Made by a program: the position numbers and the translations under genes
Notes under the pieces: generated by a model
Seen by the model: the letters and a program-made list of their open reading frames with translations, nothing else
The model's database searches: none
What the model was told of the DNA's origin: nothing
Assembly: GCA_950097015.1 (NCBI GenBank)
Contig: CATNEN010000038.1
Span: forward strand, 2,728,001-2,792,000
DNA: 64,000 bases
Direction of reading: 5' to 3'
Origin: Macrostomum hystrix
Taxonomy: Eukaryota; Animalia; Platyhelminthes
Shown here: one piece after another, positions 1-12,062 of the stretch
How the letters are laid out: each line of letters starts with the position of its first letter
How positions within the stretch are numbered: position 1 is the stretch's first letter

Positions 1-98
1 CTAGTCCGGTCCTCGATAATGTAAATTTGCAGATTAAAACTTATTTTTCGGGTGCGTATTTTTTGTGAGCAATGTAGCTGAGTCTAGAGTTCACTCAC

Positions 99-375
99 CG
101 GCCTTGAGAATGGCAATATAGGCCACAACGTACTCAATGCAGCGCTCCATGTAGATGATGCCGCACTGCTCAACATCCACACCTTTGAGCCGTAGCTCAG
201 CGGCCAGCTTGCTGGACAGCTGGTCGAGCTCGGCGTATGTCAGCTGACTGCCGGAGCCGTCCGACACCGCGACGCGGTCCGGTGTCAGCTGGGCCTGACG
301 GCAGAACTGAGCGTGCAGACTGCCAACGGTCTGGTACGCATCCGCCGCCGATTGAGTCGTCGACTGAGTCGGCAT
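99..375 (-). CDS. First coding exon of an NRPS-like adenylation-domain protein (gene continues beyond the left edge)
   Basis: Translation has the A1 core motif LTYAELD and ...YMERCIEYVVAYIAILKAG, typical of NRPS A domains. Frame ends at a G|GTGAGT donor (98-93). TATA-like TTTATAAG at 448-455. Confidence 0.85.
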
Positions 376-447
376 ATTAATTTAGGACTGCTGTGGCTTT
401 GAGTGCTTGCAGTTTACTGGTCAATGCTGGACTGCTTGGGGCGCGAG

Positions 448-455
448 CTTATAAA
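448..455 (-). promoter_or_regulatory. Candidate TATA box of the NRPS-like gene
   Basis: TTTATAAG on the minus strand about 75 bp upstream of the ATG at 375. Confidence 0.4.
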
Positions 456-2807
456 CTCAAGGCCTATAGTTGGGTAGGGAATAGAATCCGTGCCAGAGTT
501 TGAAGGACGGCGGTGCCAATTGAGGTGGGGTTAGCACTGCGAGTTGCTTGAGGTCACCTTTCAGGATAGGCGGCACGCGAAATGAGGAGAAAGCTGTACA
601 AGAATTTTCGTCCCAGGCTGTACAGTTCTTCGTGCGCTTATGCTCAAGAGGATAGGAAGCGAACTCACTAGCTGCTGCTCATTAGGAATTTGTTCTTATC
701 AGTGAAGTAGCTTCACAGAACAATTTGTCGGGGCATTGGTTGGACTCGTATAGGACTTTATAGCTGGTTTTATGTAAGAGTTGTTCAAGTGCTTTCAGCT
801 TGTTTTTAAGCAGACCTGAAAAATGTAAAGATAAATAAATAAATGTTTACATGTATCGTTAGAAAACTTGCTCTGAAGAATTTTGAAGCTCAAAGATAAA
901 ATCTTGAGAGACGGTTCCACCTCAAACACGACCTTAGCTAAAACGCGGGTGATTATTCAGCTTTCCAATGTAACAAAAGCTTTGAAAATGGGTTAAATGA
1001 AACGAAAGTTATTCGTGTTTTTCTTCTGATCGTGAATCGGAATTTCTGTCCTGAGTATATCGTGGACAGCCATGCAGTCGGACTCTTCTGGTCCTGACAA
1101 TCGGACTCTGCATGGTGGGGATTCTACATACAGAGCTCCATGGCAAGAGATCCTATAGTGCCGGGCGCTGTTTTTTCTGCCAAGTCACGGTTCTGTCGGG
1201 CCTGGGGAATTATAGTTTTTGTTATCTTGCGAGCAGGTCCGACATTGAGCTAGCCTGCTCACCAGTTCACTCTCCGGCAACTTTGAGTTTTACACACTGC
1301 ACAGTAGCTGCACGCAACACTTCAACCATTCAAGTAAATAGAGGGCAAAGTCCAAAGCACCTGCAGTCAGCTCTTTTGCTTTACTTCTTTGTTTTAGCAA
1401 GTTGACAATTCTTGTTTTATTTATTAACGCACGAAAATTTATAAAACTAGCTTAAATTTTATAAGGGCCAACTTAATTTTTATGCTAACATTAACCCTTT
1501 GAATTTCATGTCAGGACTTAGAGTCCATGCGCGTGTCCCTCTGGCCCAGTACAGGACTTCCTTTGCTTCATCTCTCCAGTTATCTCACCAATTTTCTTAT
1601 CTGTTCTGTCTCATCTCACTTTATCATGTCTCTTCTTTTTATCTCTTATCTCTGCTCGTGTCTAGTCTCTTTTTGTATCTACTGTCTTATTATTCACCTT
1701 TCTATCTCTTCACTGGCTGTCATCTCTCCCGTGTCTTTCTTCCGTGTCTTGATTTTGGCTTAACACTCTTCGATCTGACTAGCGTAATTGGATGTGTACA
1801 AGTACTTGTAAATCAACAGTTGACATTTTGTATCATTCTACTATACAATATTGAGTAGCTCTACCCCGCTCAGAAAATACCTCACTCAAAGCGACTGAAT
1901 CCCCATTTAGTAAATTGTTCCCAGATTGGCAAAGCCACTTAATTTGTATATACTGTCTCTATACTATGTTACTACGAGTACTATGTTAGTTGTATACAAT
2001 GAGTTTACCGTGGTAAACCTTAGTTGAAACAGTTGAAAAATATTGATTGAGAGTTTTAATTGTAAACATAATTGATTCATTTTTATACTAAATTTTAGCT
2101 TGTGCTGCTCATGTTAGGAAGCTATTTTTCATTAGCTTGTTCATTATTTTCATTAGTGCAAATCTGAATTTGTTATTATGTTTAAGAGTCTATGTACGCG
2201 GTGAAGTTTAAACATCAGAAACATGTGGGACGCATTAAGGACGGGAGAAAGTTAAGTGTCGAAGGAGTAGCCTACGACGCTACATACGATTTCAACGCTC
2301 GTTTTAAGGTCATATTTCTTCTCTTTTACACAGTCTAAAGTTCTTTGCCATGATAGCTATGGGGCCTAGGCCTGTCCCACAGTGTCAGACTTCTACCAAT
2401 GACCCGGCCGGCCGTAATCACCGTTGCAGTAAGCATACCGCCTACGCTGGCTAAGGTAGTTAGGCTTACTGCCTACTCATTATCCAGCCGCTCCACTCCA
2501 AAACCTACCAATCTACCTTGGCTAAGATATCTCACATTTATACCCCTCTAAGGGACAAGTAGTCTGCTGATTTAGGGTGTATGTATCCACCTTAAATTTC
2601 TTGGCCTAGTTATAAAAAATGTAGATAATGCCATAATGGTAGCAATTATTTACAGTTTTTGTTGATTACCGATTCCGACATGCTAGGCTAGCTACTTAAT
2701 GTCAATAAATGTATCACTATATTTATCTTAGATAAAATGTAGCATAATTGGGTGAAATTCTTGAACAGTTTTATTCATTTATAGTTTATTTTGCTTTCAG
2801 AGTTTCA

Positions 2808-2881
2808 ATACCCAGTCCTTGAAAGTGTCTGGACAAGAGCTACCCTCTTCAAGAGCCAGTCCTTGAAAGTGTCTGGCCAAT
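2808..2881. repeat. Detached ~1.7 copies of the 44-bp minisatellite
   Basis: Same unit as the array at 3756-4075. Confidence 0.8.
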
Positions 2882-3755
2882 GTCTGGTTAATATAGCTAA
2901 CACAATTATCCCAATATATAAAAACTATAGATAGCCAGGCTAATTAAAATAAAAAACATTTTTAGCTATAATAGCTAGTTATAGTTATCTCACACAAGAA
3001 AATACGATTGCCTTTTAAACTGGACCTTGCCCAATTAATATTTATTTACAGTTTATAGATTTTTATGTATAGTTCTCATGCTAATGTGGCAGTAGGCCAT
3101 GTGGTATACATTAGTATTAGTATTAGTATACATATTGCATTATATTTAAGCAGTAGCAATCTAATTATCAAAGCAGTTTTCTTTGGATCAAATAATTAGT
3201 ACGTTTAGCACTAACATTAAAATATATTCAGGGTTAGGCTTAGAAATAAAATAGCTACTTAGTTAGTATCTAGCTAAAAAATATCTAGAATATGCAATAG
3301 CTATCTGAAGTGATAGTATACAAAAATATTAAGCATATTTTTTCACCTTTAATTAACTATATTATAAAACAGTATTAATTTATATTTGTTATAAAATTAG
3401 TTTGTTACTTGTTTTAATTTCACTGATATGCACTACTACCTAGCTATTTATAAATAACTTTATGTGATACTACAATTTTTATAATTCTTGGTTTCATAAT
3501 GTTGATGTTATATTCTTGTGAATGTCACAAGTACTTTTAAGGATTAGCTATATTTTTATGTTCAGAAGAAGACTACTTGTATTAGCTAGTTGTACAAAAA
3601 ATCTAACATATAGTTATTGCCCATCTATAATCTATCCTGCTTCTTATCTTTCAGAAAAAAAGTTTTTCATCATTGTGAATCCAACTGATACACTGGTGTT
3701 TTTAGCTACATTCTCCAAGACTACATTCTCCCTTGCATGCTAGCATAGTGTCTAA

Positions 3756-4075
3756 TAGCTACCCTCTTCAAGACCCAGTCCTTGAAAGTGTCTGGCCAAT
3801 AGCTACCCTCTTCAAGACCCAGTCCTTGAAAGTGTCTGGCCAGTAGCTACCCTCTTCAAGACCCAGTCCTTGAAAGTGTCTGGCCAGTAGCTACCCTCTT
3901 CAAGACCCAGTCCTTGAAAGTGTCTGACCAATAGCTACCCTCTTCAAGACCCAGTCCTTGAAAGTGTCTGGCCAATAGCTACCCTCTTCAAGACCCAGTC
4001 CTTGAAAGTGTCGGGCCAACAGCTACCCTCTTCAAGACCCAGTCCTTGAAAGTGTCTGGCCAATAGCTACCCTCT
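3756..4075. repeat. 44-bp minisatellite (~7 copies)
   Basis: Unit TAGCTACCCTCTTCAAGACCCAGTCCTTGAAAGTGTCTGGCCAA, with internal dyad TTCAAG...CTTGAA and no spacers. Confidence 0.95.
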
Positions 4076-4163
4076 GACTTGAAGATCAATAAGGTTCCAG
4101 TCAAATGCTTTCAGAATTCAGCCAGACATAATCAGAAGTGCAGCCAAAATTTATAGTCGTGTC

Positions 4164-7100
4164 ATGCCAGATCCCTGCTCATCGGATCATCCGAATGCCG
4201 AGGATGATGAAGATTTGAAAAGTGGCACAGCTGCCGATGTGTATTCGAATTTTCGTCACACGGAACTGTTGCCAGGCGCCAGGCCGCATCCTGGCAACGC
4301 TGTGGAATCCGATTGTCTGGCTACTGTGGACCTGCCGCCAGCCGTGTTTCCATTGGCCGACTCAATGCCCAGGGAGATTGTGACCGAGGGTCGGCTGAGC
4401 TCGCTTCAGCTCCAGGGCGTGCTGTACGCGTGCCAGCGCCACCAGACCCTGCTGCCCGGCGGCGAAAGGGCCGGCTTCTTTATCGGCGACGCGGCCGGAG
4501 TTGGGAAGGTCAGTCACGTCCTGCTGAATCACTGCAACAAGAGTGATAGTCAACCCCGCTGTGTAGTTGAGAGACAAAGCTATTTGCTTCTTTGCTTTTT
4601 TAGATTTACTATAGTTGTAGTATTGACAGTATCTTGCTCAAGTACTTTTTTACGCAGTTATAATTAAATTTTGCATTAAGGATTTACAGTTCATTACAGG
4701 GCACGTTGCCCTCTCGCCCTTTCCCACACTTCCTTGCCCCATCCAAGGACCAGTGGTCCTTGTTACACTACAGTGATCCTTGGTCTCATCTTTTCCCTAG
4801 GTGCCACCTCTCCCCAGTCTCCACTAACCTGTCTCATTTCTCCCGTGTCACTTCTCCAACCTGTCTTATCTCTCATCTCTAACCTGTCTTATCTCTACTG
4901 TGTCTGACCTCCCCCTTGTCTCATCTCTACCGTGTGTTATCTCTCCCGTGTCCTCATCTCATCCATGTCTCATCTCTCCCGTGTCGCATCTCTCCATGTC
5001 TCATCTCACCCGTGTCCTCATCTCACCCATGTCTCATCTCACCCATGTCTCATCTCTCCCGTGTCCTCATCTCACCCATGTCTCATCTCACCCATGTATC
5101 ATCTCTCCCGTGTCTCATCTCTCCCATGTCTCATCTCACCCGTGTCCTTATCTCACCCGTGTCGCATCTCTTCATGTCTCATCTCACCCGTGTCCTCATC
5201 TCACCAATGTTTCATCTCACCCGTGTCCTCATCTCACCCATGTCTCATATATCCCTGTCTGATCTCTCTCCTGTCTCATCTCACCCATGTCTGATCTCTC
5301 TCCTGTCTCATCTCACCCAGGTCTCATACTCCCGTGGCTCAATGTTTAATTCTCCCTGTTTCCTTCCACTGATTAGCTTACACCTGCGCTCTCACCGCAG
5401 GGCCGCCAAATAGCCGGCATCATCTTGGACAGCCTGGCCCGCGGCCGTCCCCGTCACCTGTGGCTGAGCGTGTCGCCGGATCTGGCCCAGGACGCCAGGA
5501 GGGACCTGCTGGCCATCGGCTGTCACGCGCGAGTCATCGACGGCTGCCGCCAGCTCGACCGATCGTCAACATCGTTTGGCCTGGCCAGCGACTGTCGCGA
5601 AGGAGTCCTGTTTAACACCTACGCCTGCCTGGTATCGGGCGGCCCCGGTGGCAAAGAAGGCCGCAAGAGCCGGCTGGAACAGCTGATCGACTGGTGTGCC
5701 AGCGGCCTGGCAACTCCCGCGGCTTTCAACGGCTGCCTGGTGCTGGACGAGTGCCACCGGGCCAAGCAGTTCCTGCCAGATGCCAAGGAGGGCACCAACT
5801 CCAAGGTGGCTGCGGCCGTCATTGAACTGCAGCAGCGGCTGCCGCTGTCTCGAGTGGTTGGTTCAGCGGCATTTTGTTCAGTTTTGGGAAGATATTCGGC
5901 CTGTTATCCTTATATATGCGAATTTTCGTATATATTACGTGTTTTCGTATTTCACCTCTCACCTGTTATCCCATTTCGGTAAGATTACAACTCACACCTA
6001 TTATCCCGTTTCGGGAAGATTACACCTCTCAACTATTATCCCGTTTCGGGAAGATTTTAACTCTCACCTATTATCCCATCTCGGGAAGATTTCAACTCTC
6101 ACCTATTATCCCATCTCGGGAAGATTACACCTCTCACCTATTATCCCATTTCGGGAAGATTTCAACTCTCACCTATTATCCCATTTCGGGAAGATTACAC
6201 CACTCACCTATTATCCCATTTCGGGAAGACTTCAACTCTCACCTATTATCCCATCTCGGGAAGATTTCAACTCTCACCTATTATCCCATCTCGGGAAGAT
6301 TTTAACAGGTAATTTCCTGCGAGATGCTAGTTTTCAATATCCCATTCTTTTACCTGCTTCAATAGCCGCAGCTGTGCCACTAGCTGTACACCTGGCTCAG
6401 CTATATTATCTGTTGTCATGAGTGTTATAAAAAGATTCCCCAAAACTATCGCCCCAAACCAGGTGTATTGCAGTGCAACAGGTGTCTCCGAACTGAAGAA
6501 CCTGGCCTACATGACTCGCCTGGGCCTGTGGGGCTCGGGCCGGCCGTTCGCCAGCTTTCAAGACTTTCGCGGCCTGCTGGAACGACGCGGCCTGGCGGCT
6601 GCCGAGATGCTGGCCGCCGAGCTCAAAGCGTCCGGTGTGTACGTGGCCCGCGGCCTTTCCTTTCGGGATGCGGAATTTTCCATTGTCGATGCGACCCTGT
6701 CCGACGGCGACATTGCCCTGTACGACACGGCGGCTGCGCTATGGAGACAGGTGCGGGCGGTGGACTGAAAGGTCTCATTGTGAAGCACTTAAGATTCTAA
6801 TTTCACCCAGTTTCAAATGTCACTCCAGCTTTATAAGTCACTCTTTTCACTCAAAAGTCACTCTTCTGACACACGGGTGTCACTCCATCTTCAGAAGTCA
6901 CTCTAAAACGTCACTCGAGCCTCAAATGTCACTCCTGCCTCAAATGTCACTCCTGCCTCAAATGTAACTCCTGCCTCAAATGTCACTCCTGCCTCAAATG
7001 TAACTCCTGCCTCAAATGTAACTCCTGCCTCAAATATCACTCCTGCCTCTAATGTCACTCCTGCCTCAAATATCACTCCTGAATCTAATGTCACTCCTGC

Positions 7101-10100
7101 CTCAAATGTAACTCCTGCCTCAAATGTAACTCCTGCCTCAAATGCTACTCTAGCTTCAAATGTCAGTCTTCTGACCAATGTCACTCCAGCTTCAGAATTA
7201 ATTCAAGCTTCAAATGTCACTCTAAAAGTATCACTCCTGCTTCAAATTTCACTGCATTGAAGATTCACTCTAGCCTACAGCGAGCCTGCTCATTGTGCCG
7301 GGTCCGTTCGCCTGGCCAGCACCTGCGCAGCTATTGGTCCGCTCATCAGCGCTTCTTCCTGCAGCTCTGCCTGTCTCTGCGGGTTCCAGCGGTGCTAGCC
7401 GAGGCCCGTCAAGCCCTGGACAGCGGCCTGTGCCCTGTGCTGGGCCTGCAGAGCACTGGAGAGGCCGGCCTGCAGGCTTCAACAGGCGACGACTTGGATT
7501 CGCCGTCCAGTTTTATCTCGGTCTGTCGGCACGTCTGCAGCCAGTTCCTGATGTCTCATTTTCCCACCGTGTCCACCCTGACTGGCCGCGAGGAGCCGTG
7601 GAGCGTCCGGGAGCGACAGCGGCTGTTGAAGCATCTGACGGACTGTCAGCTGCCCGCCGGCGGACTGGACCTGCTCATCGACGGTCTGGGCGGGCCGGAC
7701 ATTGTGGCCGAGATGACGGGTGCGGCTGGACCTTCTAGAAATTCTAGATTTGACACATAGGATTCCTATTGATTTGATAACTGGGATTCCTATTGATTTG
7801 ACACCTGGGATTCCTATTGATTTGATACCTGAGATTTCTGATCCCATTAATTTAACACCTGAGATTCCTGATCCCATTGATTTCAATCCTGAGATTTCTG
7901 ATCCCATTAATTTAACACCTGAGATTCCTGATCCCATTGATTTCAGTTCTGAGATTCCTGATCCCATTGATTTCAATCCTGAGATTCCTGATCCCATTGA
8001 TGTCACACCTGAGATTCCCGATCTCGTTGTGGAACACCTGATGATTTCATTATATCGTGGATCCTATAGGATTAAAATCCCCACCTAATTCCTATTCGCA
8101 AGGCCGGCGCAGTCGCATTGTTTGCAGCAGCGGTGCCTACCGCCTGGAGAGTCGCTACGCCGAGTCGGGCGACGCTCAGAGCGTGAACGCAGCCGAGCGG
8201 CAGCGCTTCATGTCCGGCCACAAGCTGGTGGCGGTGATTTCTGACGCGGCCTCCACTGGCATCAGTTTGCACGCCGATCCCAACTGCTCAAACACCAGGC
8301 GCCGGGTGCACATCACTGCTGAGCTGCCCTGGTCTGCTGAGAAGGCGGTAAGGAGGGATTTGTGCTGCGGGCAACGGCACATCATTTGGTGACACTGGAC
8401 CCGCAGCCAGCGAGGAGACAATTCTGCCCATTTCGCTGACTCCTGAGCACACACACACACACACAGACACAGATGCTGTAATTAAGCAGGCACACACTCA
8501 CACAGGTGTGTACATCTGCTCGACTTTGTCATCGTCAGGCAGTGTACACTGTGCCTTGTAGGTTTGGCCCTCAATGGCGTAAATTCCACGACAAGCCCCC
8601 ATGCAAGCCTGTCCGCGGCTGCGGCCTAAATGAAAGTGGCCTCGCCGCGAAATCGAGCTCAGGAACCTTAGGAACCTAATGTGAGGCAAACGCGTTCTGC
8701 CGCACATCCCAAATTTAAGGGGAGTTTTTACCCCTTCATTTAGGATGATTCAGATACAAGTTTGTAAAAAGAAATTCTTATTGTCATGTGTACCCCAAGC
8801 TTCCCATAGTAACCCCAGCTTCCCATAGTAACCCCAGCTTTCCATAGTAACCCCAGCTTCCCATAGTAACCCCAGCTTTCCATAGTAACCCCAGCTTCCC
8901 ATAGTAACCCCAGCTTTCCATAGTAACCCCAGCTTCCCATAGTAACCCCAGCTTTCCATAGTAACCCCAGCTTCCCATTGTAACCCTAGCTTTCCATAGT
9001 AACCCCAGCTTCCCATAGTAACCCAAAGCTTCCCATAGTAACCCCAGCTTCCCATAGTAACCCCAGCTCCCCATAGTAACCCCAGCTTCCCATAGTAACC
9101 CCAGCTTCCCATAGTAACCCCAGCTTCACATAGTAACCCCAGCTTCCCATAGTAACTCCAGCTTCCCATAGTAACTCCAGCTTCCCATAATAACCCCAGT
9201 TTCCCATAGTAACCCCAGCTTCCCATAGTAACCCCAGCTTCCCATAGTAACCCAAAGCTTCCCATAGTAACCCCAGCTTTCCATAGTAACCCCAGCTTCC
9301 CATAGTAACCCCAGATTCCCATAGTAACCCCAACATAAAAGCGGTGCTCAATGTCGTTCTCAGGTGCAACAGCTGGGCCGCACGCACCGGTCAGGCCAGT
9401 CCAGTGGTCCAATCTACCGCCTGGTCTGCCTGGACCTGGCTGGGGAGCGCAGGTTCTGCTCCGGTGTTGCTAAGCGACTCCAAACCCTTGGCGCCCTAAC
9501 CAAAGCTGACAGGCGGGCAGCTCTAGTGGGCGATCTGGGCCACTTCAACTGCGACACGGGCCGGGGCAGGGCTGCTCTGCGCCGGCTGTATCAGTACACA
9601 GCGGCTGGCCGACTGCTCAGGGGTGCTAGTCTGGCTGAGATATTCGACTGTGAGATTAACGATAGCGCTACGATGGCCGAGGATGGCGTCAAGGTTCGCT
9701 CAAATGACCAAATATTTTTTACGCATTATCTACTTACTTCAGTAGTTTAATCGCACATTAAATCGCACATGCTTATCTGTTTGTTGTTTTCAAAATAAAA
9801 GTTTTATTCGCAGTGGGACTGTGATATTTATTTTCCATTCCGCTGACACTTAAACAGAGTTTTTCATTTTTTTGTCCCCTTCTCGAATGCTCGCAGCGCC
9901 TGCAGAGCTGCCTTCTAGACATGGACATCTTCGAGCGGCTGGCCGACTTAGGCGGCAGCGTTGGCAAATGTCGACTGCGAGACGGCGAGACCGGCTCGGT
10001 GAATCGCTTCCTCAACCGGCTGCTGGGACTGCCCGTGGCCGAGCAGGCCTGCCTGTTCCGCTACTTCCTGGCCGCATGCCGGCTGGAGCCGCTTCAGGCT

Positions 10101-11252
10101 GCGTTTGGTGAGCTTGAACCAGTCCCCACCTTCAGTCCCCACCTTCAGTCCCCACCATCAGTCCCCATTCCTCTCACCTTCAGTCCCCATTCGTCTCACC
10201 TTCAGTCCCCATTCCTTTCTCATTCCCAGATAATTATTCATATCGGTCCCAATTCCGACGCTGAAGGTCACCAGCAGGATGCCGCCGGGGCTGCCGATGT
10301 CGACGCCGATGACTGCCTGGCGGAGCTGCGCGCCGACTCAATCCGTCTGGTGTCACCGCCCTGCGAGGCTTTCAGACCAGACTGCCTGCCAGCAGGAATT
10401 TCAGCGAGACAGGTCACGGCCGTCACCCTGGAGATCACCCGGCGACAGCAACGGCGACTGCTTCGCCACCAGCAGCAGCAGCAGCAGCACGACGAGGATG
10501 AGCCTCAGCCGCTCACACCGAAGAGGATGGTCAAGGAACGGCTGACTCTGCTCTGCGGCTCCGTGCTGCCCCTGCTGCCAGCACTTGAGGCCTGCCTGGC
10601 TGCCAACTGGGCCGCTCTGCGCGGCCTGCCGCCTTCGCGGCGTCGTCTGCGATTTCTGCGCGCCCGCGTCGACGACAAGCAACTCGACGAAGCCGATGCC
10701 GGCGGCGGCAGTTGCGCCCAACGATTCGTCGGTCTTCGCTTCCCGGCTGTGCTGCTGCGGGCTGCTGAAGTCGAGCTGGCTCGCCGGCGACAACTGGCGT
10801 CGGTCTCGGCGACATCACCGGTGACGAACTCGGCTGTGTCGGAGGAGCCCGTGACTCCCGTTGACGAGCGACTGAAGCGTCGAGCGACCACCGCGCCGCC
10901 GACCATACGAAGCTTTTTCAGCCCGACTGCCAAGCCGGCGGTCGCTTCTCCAACTCCGCGCGCCGTTGCCACCTCTGCGCCGACTAAGCGTAAAAGTGCA
11001 ATTGGCGCCTGTCTCGCCGTCGCCTCAGCCGCCGGTGCCAGTCAGCCGAAACAGGCTCGCATCAGCGATCTGTTTGCCGCAGCTAAAAGCTCTGCCACCA
11101 TCGTAGACGAGGACGACTCTGTCTGTCCGAACTGCGACAAGCGCCTTCCGGCATCGGTTCGACCCAGGGACCACTGGGCCGCCTGCTTCATCGTTGGCAC
11201 CAGTTCAGCTTGCGGTGTGGATGATAACAAACTGGACGGTTGCAATGAGTAG
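4164..11252 (+). CDS. SBNO: Strawberry notch-like SF2 helicase-related protein, 8 coding exons
   Basis: Exons 4164(or acceptor 4115)-4508, 5401-5856, 6463-6750, 7263-7719, 8103-8347, 9364-9693, 9897-10107, 10267-11252, all GT-AG and phase-compatible. Splicing restores SBNO motifs GDAAGVGK|GRQIAGII, LDECHRAK, RV|VYCSATG, AEMT|GR, ISDAASTGISLHAD, ELPWSAEKA|VQQLGRTHRS, ERRFCSGVAKRLQTLGALT and C-terminal LCGSVLP...RFVGL. True start uncertain. Confidence 0.92.
4830..5335. repeat. Degenerate CT-rich minisatellite (~17-19 bp) in SBNO intron 1
   Basis: Repeated GTCTCATCTCACCCAT / GTCCTCATCTCACCC variants. Confidence 0.9.
5955..6305. repeat. 35-bp minisatellite in SBNO intron 2
   Basis: Unit CTCTCACCTATTATCCCATYTCGGGAAGATTTCAA, ~10 copies. 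Confidence 0.95.
6905..7250. repeat. 18-bp minisatellite in SBNO intron 3
   Basis: Unit CCTGCCTCAAATGTCACT. Confidence 0.95.
7745..8040. repeat. 30-bp (and 21-bp) minisatellite in SBNO intron 4
   Basis: Unit GAGATTCCTGATCCCATTGATTTCAATCCT, preceded by shorter GGATTCCTATTGATTTGA variants. Confidence 0.9.
8352..8703 (-). mobile_element. tRNA-derived SINE, family A
   Basis: Reverse complement matches the copies at 21035, 31950 and 58267 (CTCGATTTCGCGGCGAGGCCA...GTCAGCGAAATGGGCAGAATTG...CACCAAATGATGTGCC.TTGCCCGCAGC). Confidence 0.85.
8792..9333. repeat. 19-bp minisatellite in SBNO intron 5
   Basis: Unit ACCCCAGCTTCCCATAGTA, ~28 copies. Confidence 0.95.
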
Positions 11253-11369
11253 GTTTTTAGCTAAGCCTAAAAAGTCTAAACTCTAAACTGCAGGTCGAAG
11301 ATTGATACTAAAAGTATTTCAATCTTAACATTTTATCGCAAAACCCTAAATGTGAATTCCCGACTCCGA

Positions 11370-11690
11370 AAGTACTTTTAGTTCGATGACTGATCTTTAA
11401 AGTACTTCAAACTCTATGACTGATCCTAAAAGCACTTTAAGCTCGATGACTGATCCTAAAAGTACTTTAAGCTCGATGACTGATCCTTAAAGTACTTTAA
11501 GCTCGATGGCTGATCCTAAAAGTACTTTAACCTCGATGGTTTATCTCAGAAGTACTTTAAGTTCAATGACTGATAATAAAAGTACTTAAATTTTGATGAT
11601 CATTCGTGAAAGTACTTTAGGCTCGATGAACGATCCGAAAAGTACTTTAAGCGTGACGACTGATCTTAAAAGTACTTCAAGGTCGATGAC
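11370..11690. repeat. 30-bp minisatellite downstream of the SBNO stop codon
   Basis: Unit AAGTACTTTAAGCTCGATGACTGATCCTAA with palindrome AAAGTACTTT, ~10 diverged copies. Confidence 0.9.
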
Positions 11691-12062
11691 CGAAGAATCA
11701 TAACTAATTCTAAAATTCCAGTAAGTTGCATGACCTATGCTAAAAGTACTGTAACGTGAGCCAAGTGAATGACTGTCATCAGTTTCTTCTAAATCTAATA
11801 TTTAAGTGCGTACAGTTTTTTGTTCTAATTTGTCTAATCGCTCAGTTTTGAGCCACATTTTGTGCTCTTTCATTGCCTGACCCGACTGTGAGCTCCATAA
11901 TTTTTCTATGCATTTTGGCAACAATAATAACTGGCTGATTGAAAAATAAATAGTATAAATATATTCTATGAACAATCATTTCTGCTCATTGTGCATGTTA
12001 AAGTGGCTGTTATATTTTTATAAGAAATGTTTATCAACTTTTTGTATGTTTTATAGCCATAT

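Noticed and set aside
2350-2460. Short Cys-containing ORF as an upstream SBNO zinc-ribbon exon
   Set aside because: It ends in a stop and would need a frameshift; not supportable without transcripts.
3756-4075. Palindromic ~30-45-bp repeats (also 11370, 24529, 34751) as CRISPR arrays
   Set aside because: Units are head-to-tail with no unique spacers, there are no cas genes, and the context is eukaryotic.
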